The translations under genes were made by a program, and so were the position numbers. A stretch of DNA of 64,000 bases, taken from the NCBI GenBank assembly GCA_002269645.1, contig NIVC01002540.1, positions 5,875 to 69,874 on the forward strand. Reading direction: 5' to 3'. Below the pieces are notes generated by a model. It did not search any database. It saw only the letters and a program-made list of their open reading frames with translations, and was not told the origin of the DNA. Positions 22,422 to 31,583 of this stretch are shown piece by piece. This stretch comes from Macrostomum lignano (taxonomy: Eukaryota). Within the stretch, counting starts at the first letter, position 1, and each line of letters starts with the position of its first letter.

Positions 22422-25400
22422 ATGGCGCGGCGCAATCCAACGGTACACAGAGACATCAAAGAAACGGTCGGTACTTTCTCGATGGAGAAAGATTTTAACA
22501 CATTTGTCGACCATTTCGACCTGGTATGTAGGGAATACAACCTAAAAAATCCAGAGAAGGCACAGCTGCTGCCACCTCTTCTCCAAGGTACTGCGCGAGA
22601 AATTTACGGCAAGCTGGACGCGGCAACACAGCAAAATTATCCAGCACTAATCATTCAACTGCGCGCGCATTTCAACCGTTGCGGCACAAACAGATCAGTG
22701 CTGCTGCACAAGTTACATACCAGAAGGATGCAAGCAACGGAATCCTTCCTCGCCTTTGTGGACGATATCCGCCAGATAATTAAGGCACTGCATCAGCCAC
22801 CGCTGCAAGCTGCGGACCAACCGCCACTGGGAGCGGCAGAATTGGCCGCCAGAGAAAGACAGCGATTGATGGATCGCGAACAAAACCTAATCCTGCACGT
22901 AATAAACAACGCACAGCCGTCACTTCGGGATAGACTTTTACGAGAAAATATCGAAACCGAAGAAGACCTTTTGCGGTGCGGAATGCAATGGGAAGCCAGT
23001 GCCCCATTAATGACGACAGGCAACAATGAAGTGCAGAAACTGACGCAGCAATTAAACAAGTTAATGCAGCACCAGACAGCTGCTATCGCCGAACAAAAAA
23101 GACGAAATGAACAAGCCTCAGCCAGATGTTACTACTGCGGACAAGAAGGACATTATCAGATTAATTGTCCTCATTGGTCAACAAGATACGACAAGCCGCG
23201 ACAGATATTCAACAATCAAAAGCCGCAGAAACCATGGCAGCAATATCAAAATCGCCAACAACAAGGCATGAGACGCTTCGGAAATGATAGACGCTTCGGA
23301 AATAATGACCGCTCCGGAAATGATGGCCGCTTCGGAAATGATGGCCGCTTCGGAAATGACGGCCGCTTCAGAAATAATAGCTACAGGCCACGCAACGCCA
23401 GGTACACACAAAGACAGCCAACGCAAGCAATGCCACGATACGCGAATGCCATCACGTACACACCGGAAAATGAGCAGCAAGAACAGCAAGTGTTCACAAT
23501 TGATGACTTGGAAATGGACTTCACAGTCCCGGAACTTGACATCAGCTTGATCGAAAAAAAGACAACGCACGAGGACAACACTGACAAGGCAGAAGAGGCG
23601 AATGAAACCGAAATGATCGAATTAAAAGAGACCACCGGAGACAGCAGAGAAAACAGGAAGAAAGTAAATCACAAAAAAAGGGAGGAGGCGGAGAGCGATA
23701 CCGGCAACGAAGAAAAGAGGGAGACCAACGAAGAGAACAACTATGAATCAACAGCAGTGAAAGACGACAAAATAAGCATGAAAGACAAAGAAATAAAAGA
23801 AGAAGAATGTAAGAGTTACGGCAACGATCACGACTGCGAGGTGCGTGATGACACGAACGTCTACCAAGCCGAAGAAGGAATGCAGGAAGAACTGAGAGCG
23901 GAAAATCTAAGCTCCGACAGCGATCAAGGCTACGAAATACAATGGAAGGATGAAGAAATGGAAAAAGAACAGAGGAAAGAAAAGCCGAGTTCCGACAGCG
24001 ACGAATGCTACGAGATCCGATACAAACGAAATGGTGAAGCCTACATTCAAACAGTCGACTACAAGACAGAGAGAAAATACCAAACGCAATGGAGTGAAAC
24101 AACTGAAACATCAGAAGAAGCGGCAGACGAAGATACTGAAATAACCAAAAAGCAAAGCGAATCAGAACCCTTCCGCCTGAAACAGCCAATAGAGCAACCG
24201 GAAGGATATGATGCGGACATGGAAGATAACGAATGGCAGTCGCGGCCAATGCCAGCAAAGACAACGGCAAAGTCCAAAAAGTGGAAAAACTGGCTACTCT
24301 GGATCATCGTGATACTACTGATAGCAGTAGTCGCCAAAGCAAAGGCAACGGAAAAGCCAATGATCTGTCCAACGGATGCGCATATCCAACCGATGATCTA
24401 CAAGATACCAACCGACATCAAATGCAGCTACTTCAAGACAAACCAGACGAAGCCAAAGAAGATTACACTTGATCTCTACAAGGCTAACATCAAAAAGCAT
24501 CGACAACACGGAATAGTGTGCTGCAGAGACAAGCACCTAGTGGAAAAAGTCTGGCGCGGACAATGGAATAGGATCCGATTTAAACAACATGAGCTACATG
24601 TGTCGCACGCGGAATGCCTACAATGGAACCAAACACTGTTTTCAAAGGATGGTGAACTGGAACCAGATGAGAAGGTCGGCAACGCACAGCTGTTCAGAAC
24701 AAAGAATTCAGCCAACGGTCGATACATTCACTTCTTCGGAAAATGGAAAGAATATGTAGCACGCAACAGCTACTTGATCAGAAATATTCCATTCTACTAC
24801 AATCCATACGAGAAAATGGAATCGCTACAGCTACAACTAAGCGAATGTCGATACAGTGAAGGATGGTGTCCAACACCAATTCTACGGAAGGAAGAATTAC
24901 ACAGTCTACCACTGAGTCCAACATATCATCAAAACTATCGATGGCAGATTGAGCACAGAGCACAATCACACTATGAGGAACCGTACAAGGCACGACAATA
25001 TTACTTCGCATGGGAAGTAGAGCCGGAAATTGACTGCAAGCTTCAAAAGTACCACACAGTGGAAGGAGGGCTACTGTCGAATACATTTTTGGCAAAAGCA
25101 GGAGACTTGGCCTTGACGTTTCAAAGGAAGCCGGTCGAACAGGAACTCAAATGCAAAGATACGGACAAGACGCTATTCATTTCGGAACAAGAAATACCAG
25201 TCTACGTGAAGGATGCTGACAAACAAACCTTCCTGGCAATCATAAATGGAACATATCAGCAACAAGAGAGACAACGACGCGGCATAGAACGTCCACGATT
25301 GGTGTCAAACCGACTGCTGTCAGCAAAGATCACGGCGCTGGATCACAACCTGCATAACCAGCTTAACCACTTACATCGGTCACTGGTTCAGCTAACTTGC

Positions 25401-26576
25401 AAAATGCACGCAATCAACTTGAACTACGCAAGGCAAAACTACTATGTCAACCCTACGATGACATTTCGCAAGATCACGGGAATGAGAGAGGTTCTGGCAA
25501 TTCCGATATATGGACATCTCCTGATATACAAGTGCACGCCGATACAGCACTTCAACATCTTGCCGTCGAACACTTCAACAACTTGCTACGACAAGCCGAG
25601 AATTGAAGCATTCTACGAAGGCAAAAGAATACAAGGATTCTTGGACACAGTACACAACATCATCGTTGGCACAGCCATACCAAGACCCTGCACCACTGCA
25701 GCAAACTACTATCAACTGGACAATGCACTACACGTCATTAAAACGACAGGAACGACAGCGAACATCACGGAACCAGAAGTGATTGTCGATGAAACGTACG
25801 ATATGGACGATCTGAAGATACGGTTCAACAGAACGAAGTACACGCCATTCGCCGATATCCAACTCGATGAGATAACACCCGGATGGACCATCAACGACTT
25901 CTTGCAAGCGTTCATCACTCAACGGAAGATGATTCGTCAACTCTTCACACGAAAGAATAAAGGAACAGGCACAGGCAGTTTTCCGGTCCTAGTGTCTATG
26001 GACAACGCCATCCAATCGTTTTGGACCAACAGCTTCTTAGAGCTGCTTAACGGAAAAGGCAGCCTCTATCAAGGCTTCATCTTCTACAGTGCCTGTGTTG
26101 TATGGGTAGTTACGGCAATCTTTATCATCTCGTCGATAGTACGATGCTTCAGCAACACTTGTCCCACAGCGAAACGAACAGTGAACGCCATCATGCAGAA
26201 GATACCAAGGGAAGAAGACAACAACTTGGAATTGACAGAGGATGCACGTCAAGAAACTCAAGGACAGCCGACACCATCAACGCGAATGTATCCATCGATT
26301 CCGACAACACCAACAGCACCGAGAATGCAGCCACCTGGCTATCAGCAGGATCAACACGAGCCGAAATGGCCAGAAAACTACGTCTGCACGCTACACGCTG
26401 AGATTGGCAAGGCAATGGCTCAGGTCATTGTCAACAACTTGCCATGTCGAGCACTACTGGATTCAGGCAGCTCTATCACCGTCATCTCGCAACAATTATG
26501 CAACAAGCTACGACTCGCGGTACGACCAGCAGCAATCGCAGTTGCAGGAGCAGGAGGACATTCACTCAATATCTAG
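22422..26576 (+). CDS. Gag - acidic spacer - envelope glycoprotein - protease N-half (1384 aa)
   Basis: Capsid-like N-terminus; CYYCGQEGHYQINC at 23127-23168; signal-like KSKKWKNWLLWIIVILLIAVVAKAKA at about 24270-24346; ectodomain with 13 Cys and 6 sequons; furin site RQRR at 25269-25280; TM at 26076-26141; LLDSGS at 26460. Confidence 0.93.
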   Translation: MARRNPTVHRDIKETVGTFSMEKDFNTFVDHFDLVCREYNLKNPEKAQLLPPLLQGTAREIYGKLDAATQQNYPALIIQLRAHFNRCGTNRSVLLHKLHTRRMQATESFLAFVDDIRQIIKALHQPPLQAADQPPLGAAELAARERQRLMDREQNLILHVINNAQPSLRDRLLRENIETEEDLLRCGMQWEASAPLMTTGNNEVQKLTQQLNKLMQHQTAAIAEQKRRNEQASARCYYCGQEGHYQINCPHWSTRYDKPRQIFNNQKPQKPWQQYQNRQQQGMRRFGNDRRFGNNDRSGNDGRFGNDGRFGNDGRFRNNSYRPRNARYTQRQPTQAMPRYANAITYTPENEQQEQQVFTIDDLEMDFTVPELDISLIEKKTTHEDNTDKAEEANETEMIELKETTGDSRENRKKVNHKKREEAESDTGNEEKRETNEENNYESTAVKDDKISMKDKEIKEEECKSYGNDHDCEVRDDTNVYQAEEGMQEELRAENLSSDSDQGYEIQWKDEEMEKEQRKEKPSSDSDECYEIRYKRNGEAYIQTVDYKTERKYQTQWSETTETSEEAADEDTEITKKQSESEPFRLKQPIEQPEGYDADMEDNEWQSRPMPAKTTAKSKKWKNWLLWIIVILLIAVVAKAKATEKPMICPTDAHIQPMIYKIPTDIKCSYFKTNQTKPKKITLDLYKANIKKHRQHGIVCCRDKHLVEKVWRGQWNRIRFKQHELHVSHAECLQWNQTLFSKDGELEPDEKVGNAQLFRTKNSANGRYIHFFGKWKEYVARNSYLIRNIPFYYNPYEKMESLQLQLSECRYSEGWCPTPILRKEELHSLPLSPTYHQNYRWQIEHRAQSHYEEPYKARQYYFAWEVEPEIDCKLQKYHTVEGGLLSNTFLAKAGDLALTFQRKPVEQELKCKDTDKTLFISEQEIPVYVKDADKQTFLAIINGTYQQQERQRRGIERPRLVSNRLLSAKITALDHNLHNQLNHLHRSLVQLTCKMHAINLNYARQNYYVNPTMTFRKITGMREVLAIPIYGHLLIYKCTPIQHFNILPSNTSTTCYDKPRIEAFYEGKRIQGFLDTVHNIIVGTAIPRPCTTAANYYQLDNALHVIKTTGTTANITEPEVIVDETYDMDDLKIRFNRTKYTPFADIQLDEITPGWTINDFLQAFITQRKMIRQLFTRKNKGTGTGSFPVLVSMDNAIQSFWTNSFLELLNGKGSLYQGFIFYSACVVWVVTAIFIISSIVRCFSNTCPTAKRTVNAIMQKIPREEDNNLELTEDARQETQGQPTPSTRMYPSIPTTPTAPRMQPPGYQQDQHEPKWPENYVCTLHAEIGKAMAQVIVNNLPCRALLDSGSSITVISQQLCNKLRLAVRPAAIAVAGAGGHSLNI

Positions 26577-28500
26577 GAAAAGCAGATATCGACTTGAAAA
26601 TTGCTAATAAACATCTGACGGTCCCGACGTACATCATCGACAAACTACCAAACCAAGACGTCATTGTTGGAATCGACACGTTCAAGCAGCTTCGACTACC
26701 ATTGACCTTCGACTTCAACAAGCAAACGTTTAGGATTGACACGGTGGAGCAACCACTGATTAACCAGATTCGAGTACTACCAAAAGTTACCTTACAGCAA
26801 GATGTCATCATCCAGCCTGAAAGTGCATGCTGGGTCAGAGCGAAAGCGACCAGCGCGGCAGATGAAGCAATGATATTTGATCCACACAGGAGAGTCACGG
26901 CAAAACATCAAATCATGATGCCTACGGCACTAGTGCTGGTGGCGAAAGATAAGCAGCTGCCAGTACAAATCTTCAACCCGAACGCGGAAATGGTTCATCT
27001 ACGACAAGGAATGTGCATCGGTCATCTCAACACTCAAGCATCAGTTATGCTGATTGAGCACACGACTCCACGACTAACAGAAGAAGAATTTCAAAAGAAA
27101 ATCAACTTGGACGACAGCCCGATCACGGAACAGCAAAAGAAGAAAGTTCGACAACTGTTGTGGAAGTACAACGAAGCCTTCTGCCATCATGATTACGACA
27201 TCGGACGCGCTAAAGACATTAAACAAGAAATCAAGCTTCTACCGCACACTGAACCAATTCAGTGCAAGCCGTACCCGATTGCCAAGCATCTGCAACAACA
27301 CTTTGACGAAATTATTGATAAAATGCTAAAGCACGGCATCATCAGCAAAGCAATTTCAGCCTATTCCTCACCGTGCCTACTGGTACAAAAGAAAGAGACT
27401 AACGAGAGACGACTTGTATGCGACTTCAGACTGCTGAACAAGTACATACCGACGGATCAGCAAAGCCTACCAAAGATCTCCGAGCTACTAGCAAAGCTCA
27501 ACACAGCAAAATTGTTCACGGTGTTCGACCTACGTCATGGATTTTGGCAAATTGAAATCGAGAAAGAATCACGACAGTACACGGCTTTTAAGACCTACAA
27601 TGGACAAGTCTACGAGTACAACCGATCGCCAATGGGACTCAGCAACAGCCCAGCAACAATGAGCCGACTAACGGCATACATGCTTGCAGGATGCACAAAC
27701 CTGCTGCACTATGTCGACGACATCTTGGCCTACGGAGAAGACTTCCAACGACTCTATGAAGCTACGGAGAAGGCCCTAGCGCTCATTCAACGCCAAGGTC
27801 TTAAGCTACAACCGACGAAATGCAAATTCTTCCGAGACAACGTACGTTACCTAGGACACCAAGTGACAGCCAAAGGAATCTCACCGGACCCAGACAATGT
27901 GGAGAAAGTAAAAAAGTTTCCTACGCCAACTAGCATTACGAAGGTCCAATCGTTTCTTGGACTAGCGCAATACTTCCGAAAGTTCTTACCGAACTTCGCG
28001 AAGACAGCAAAACCGCTGTACGACCTGCTCAAATTCGACAAGTGGAAACGAGAGAACTGGACGCAAAAGCAGCAAGAGAGTTTCGACGAAATCAAACGAC
28101 AACTGACATCAGACGCACTACTACAGCATCCGGACTTCGACAAACCCTTCATCATCGAGACAGACGCCTCAGGAACGGGACTCGGAGCCGTCCTACTACA
28201 GGAAACCGAGGACAAGAAGGAGCGACCTATCGCCTACGTCAGTCGAGCACTCAAGCCAAATGAAACAAAGTGGTCAGCTACGGAACGCGAGCTACTAGGA
28301 GTCTTGTTCGCCCTACGACAGTTCCATTACTACATCTATGGTTCTCCAATACCGACGATAGTACGCACAGATCACGCACCGCTGACCTACGTCGTAACTA
28401 CAAAAGGACAAACAAATAACCGACTCATCAGGATGACACTCAAGATCCAGGACTACAACTACAAGCTCGTCTACAAACCAGGAATTACTAACAAGGCGCG
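26573..28500 (+). CDS. pol: Protease C-half, reverse transcriptase and RNase H (ORF 26444-28597 frame)
   Basis: VIVGIDTF; RRLVCDFRLLN; FDLRHGFWQI; YVDD at about 27710; RNase H motifs. Linked to both neighbouring ORFs by -1 shifts at about 26573 and about 28498. Confidence 0.95.
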
Positions 28501-29922
28501 GACGCTCTGTCAAGAGCCTACGAAGTCAACGCCATTCATCCAATCCCTAACATCAAGGAATTGGTGGATGAGACTGAACACGACAACTTCTACATAGCAG
28601 TTAAAAACAACGACAAGGACATCAAGCTCAGCCCCGTGGAACGAAAATTCCTGCGCAAGCAGCGACAACATTTAACAATCAACAAGTCACGACTCTACTG
28701 GATGAGTGACAACAAACCTAAAATCTACATGCCATATTCGTTTAGGCAGGCCATTCTCAACGAGCTGCACGACAACCCACTCGCTGGACACCTGTCGGCA
28801 GCCAAAACCATTGCAAGAGTGGAGCAATACTACTTTTGGCCAAGCATGCATGGCGACATCAAGCAGTATTGCAACAACTGCCACTCATGCGCAGCATCGA
28901 AGACAGGACGACGACAGAAACCACAGCTACAATCGATACCGAAGTCAACAACTATGGACTGTCTCAGCATCGACATCACCGGACCGCTGCCACCGAGCTG
29001 TCTCCATGGCATAGCCTACACCTACATCCTAACAGCCTTGGACATTTTCTCAAAGTTTGCTATTGCCATACCAATACCGGACATCACAGCTCAGACAGTG
29101 GCAATGGGTTTCTTCAACGACATCATCTGCAAGTACGGTACGCCAAAGAACCTCACATCGGACAATGGATCGCAGTTTACGTCTCAACTCTTTCAGCAAG
29201 TGGTGAAGATCCTCAACATCACGCAGATCTACACATCGACCTACAATCCGAAGGCGAACATGGTTGAAAGGTTTCACCGCAACCTACACGAGATGATTAC
29301 ACACTTCGCGCATCAACAACCGGACGACTGGATCATCTATCTGCAAGCAGTAACAATGGCCTACAACAGCGCTATTCATCGATCAACGGATAATACGCCA
29401 TTCTTTCTAATGTTTGGGCGAGACTTCCAGCCGCCAAACCTATTGGCACAGCAACTACTACCATCGCAATATGTGGAAGTCCCGACGTCCATTCAAAAGT
29501 TCGTCACGCAACTACACCTCGCATGGAAAGTAGCCAAGCACAACATCGACAATCAGGTGGCTCTAACCACCGGCACCGACACGAGATCGACAACTCTGAC
29601 AGCCGGCGACATCGTCTACCTGCACTATCCGCCGCAACAGACGCACAAACACGCACAGAAGTACAAAGGACCATATCGAGTGGTCCAACTAACGTCACCG
29701 ACAACGGCACGCCTGGCCAATGTGCAAGATCCTCATCAGCACCAATTCTACGTGCACATTCATCGACTAAAGAAGATCAACACTGACACGACAACGTTTT
29801 TACCGTCACTAGACAACGCTGATCGCACGCGTTCGGCGAACCGCCACATCGCAACAAAACACGAGGAGACACAAACATCAACCGAGAAACAGCAACATGG
29901 CTACAATCTGCGACCTCGTTAA
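28498..29922 (+). CDS. Integrase
   Basis: One extra G gives YKPGITNKAADALSR. Contains HDNPLAGH...CNNCHSC, SIDITG, SDNGSQF and VERFH, and ends YNLRPR*. Confidence 0.95.
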   Translation, partial: ADALSRAYEVNAIHPIPNIKELVDETEHDNFYIAVKNNDKDIKLSPVERKFLRKQRQHLTINKSRLYWMSDNKPKIYMPYSFRQAILNELHDNPLAGHLSAAKTIARVEQYYFWPSMHGDIKQYCNNCHSCAASKTGRRQKPQLQSIPKSTTMDCLSIDITGPLPPSCLHGIAYTYILTALDIFSKFAIAIPIPDITAQTVAMGFFNDIICKYGTPKNLTSDNGSQFTSQLFQQVVKILNITQIYTSTYNPKANMVERFHRNLHEMITHFAHQQPDDWIIYLQAVTMAYNSAIHRSTDNTPFFLMFGRDFQPPNLLAQQLLPSQYVEVPTSIQKFVTQLHLAWKVAKHNIDNQVALTTGTDTRSTTLTAGDIVYLHYPPQQTHKHAQKYKGPYRVVQLTSPTTARLANVQDPHQHQFYVHIHRLKKINTDTTTFLPSLDNADRTRSANRHIATKHEETQTSTEKQQHGYNLRPR

Positions 29923-30033
29923 GTTGCGAAAATAACCCGTGTAGAGACCGGGTCAGAATAGCTCTACAGCTTCGCAAGCTTGTCGTAAGAGGCGACTAAT
30001 CTGAGCGACTTCAAACTTCAAGCGACGACGACA

Positions 30034-30246
30034 ATGGGCAACGCACTGTCCAAACAGGCGCCCCAACTACAGCAACTCTACGAATGCCCAATATGTTTAA
30101 CTGACGACTTGGCTGTCAAGCCACCAATTATTTGTGAAAACAGACATCGCATATGCGGACAATATTTAGGCGACTCACATTATATTCAGCTCTGGCAGAA
30201 TTGCCCGATAGGTAGAAGAAGTTTGCGGCAGTGCGCCTATCGTTAG
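30034..30246 (+). CDS. Small ORF with N-myristoylation motif and a degenerate C3HC4 RING (70 aa)
   Basis: MGNALSK with ACAATGG start context; C18-x2-C21-x12-C34-x3-H38-x2-C41-x2-Y44-x12-C57-x2-G60. Confidence 0.6.
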   Translation: MGNALSKQAPQLQQLYECPICLTDDLAVKPPIICENRHRICGQYLGDSHYIQLWQNCPIGRRSLRQCAYR

Positions 30247-30464
30247 TCTTGGCGCACATGTCAATACTGTAACCAAAAACATTTTATTTGCATGAGTATA
30301 CTTACCTTTAAATAACTTTTATAACCAACGCTCTTAACTACCCATTACTAAATACCTGTAACACTTGTGACAAAAGATTTTTATAAAGACATGCTCGAAC
30401 TTTTTACGCGTTTCAATCCTCTATTTAAAACTCGGGACGAGTTTTTTGTAAACATGGGAGATTT

Positions 30465-31521
30465 TGTAGAGTGTTCTACCTCCCGTAAGAAGACATAAAA
30501 GTGTTAATGTACTACTCATACATTTTATTCAGTAGTAAGTTGAAGAGCATGAATAAAGGTATGCTTTGAATTATAAGTTTATTCTGACTAACCAATAGGA
30601 AGAGAGAGACCTTGTGCATGTTAAATTTAGAAATCACCCAATCACGTGTAACCTGTACTTGTCAAACGCAAACCCCAGGAAAGATGCATCATTCAACTGT
30701 ACGCACGTGACCCAATCAAATGTAACTAAAAATAACTCGAATGCGATGACCAATCACGCGCTTTTACACTGAACCAATGGAATGACTTTCTACCCTGCCA
30801 AGTTTGACAGCAACCAAACCGTGACCTTTTTGACAGCTGAAGAGTTGGACTCACGTGACCTCATGGGGGTCCAATTGCCTATAAATACAAGTGGTCCGGA
30901 ACGGACCCGGAGCCAAAAAAATCTCCAAGAGAGAGAAGCTCCGAAGAGGAAGCTCTAGTGAAGCCTTCCTGAAGAAACTCGCGTCGTGGACGAGTTCTTG
31001 CGGTAAGCCTTACTCATTTGCGCCCGTTGGTTGAGACGTCTCGCTCAAGTCTATTGAGACTTGAGTTTATTTGAGTCTGTTGAGACTCCTGAGTCTGTTT
31101 AGACTCTACTGGTTGCAGTCTCCAGAAGGACTGCCCCTGATAGATCTTAGAAGACTATCAGTGGTTTCCGGAGCTATACCTAGAGTGCATAGAGGCACTG
31201 CTAGAAGGAGTAGGCTTATATTAAACCGCAGATTGGCGCAGGGTACCCATTGTTAATTTGGAAGCTTCCCATTGGTCCGCACTACAGATACCGGCCGGAA
31301 ATACTTCGAAGGGAGAGAAAAGGAAACTCGGACCCAATCGACATCTGAAGACGTCTAAAAGTCTAAGAGATCTACAGAACCGAACGACTCAAGAACGATA
31401 TCAAGGAATCCGGATCAAGGTAATTGAATACCTTCATTTGATTACTGGGTTGCCTAGCTACAGAGCTAGAAGTGATTGTTCCTTGATTACAGTTGAGGAC
31501 TGGTAATAAGGAACGCCATCA
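30465..31521 (+). repeat. 3' LTR (1057 bp)
   Basis: Same length as the 5' LTR. Only one difference was spotted by eye (CCCATAAG vs CCCGTAAG). Confidence 0.97.
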
Positions 31522-31583
31522 TTAGGAGCAATGTACCTGTTTTAGGCTTAACAGTCGGATGACGAAGCTATTTTTCCATTGCA

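Larger units (their letters stand above)
20591..31521 (+). mobile_element. Full-length Ty3/Gypsy (Metaviridae) LTR retroelement with env, domain order gag-env-pro-RT-RH-IN plus a small RING-like ORF
   Basis: 1057-bp TG...CA LTRs, TTAG TSD (20587-20590 and 31522-31525), PBS, CCHC knuckle, DSG protease, YVDD RT, Gypsy-type RNase H (IETDASGTGLGAVL; ERPIAYVSRAL) and H2C2/DDE integrase. Confidence 0.97.

Noticed and set aside
26560-26580. Programmed -1 ribosomal frameshift between ORF1 and pol
   Set aside because: There is no slippery heptamer, the shift falls mid-protease, and identical one-base losses occur in host genes. An artefact is more likely, though not formally excluded.
20591-31521. 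Assignment to BEL/Pao because gB-like envs are known there
   Set aside because: The single canonical CCHC knuckle and the RT, RNase H and integrase motifs are Ty3/Gypsy-type.
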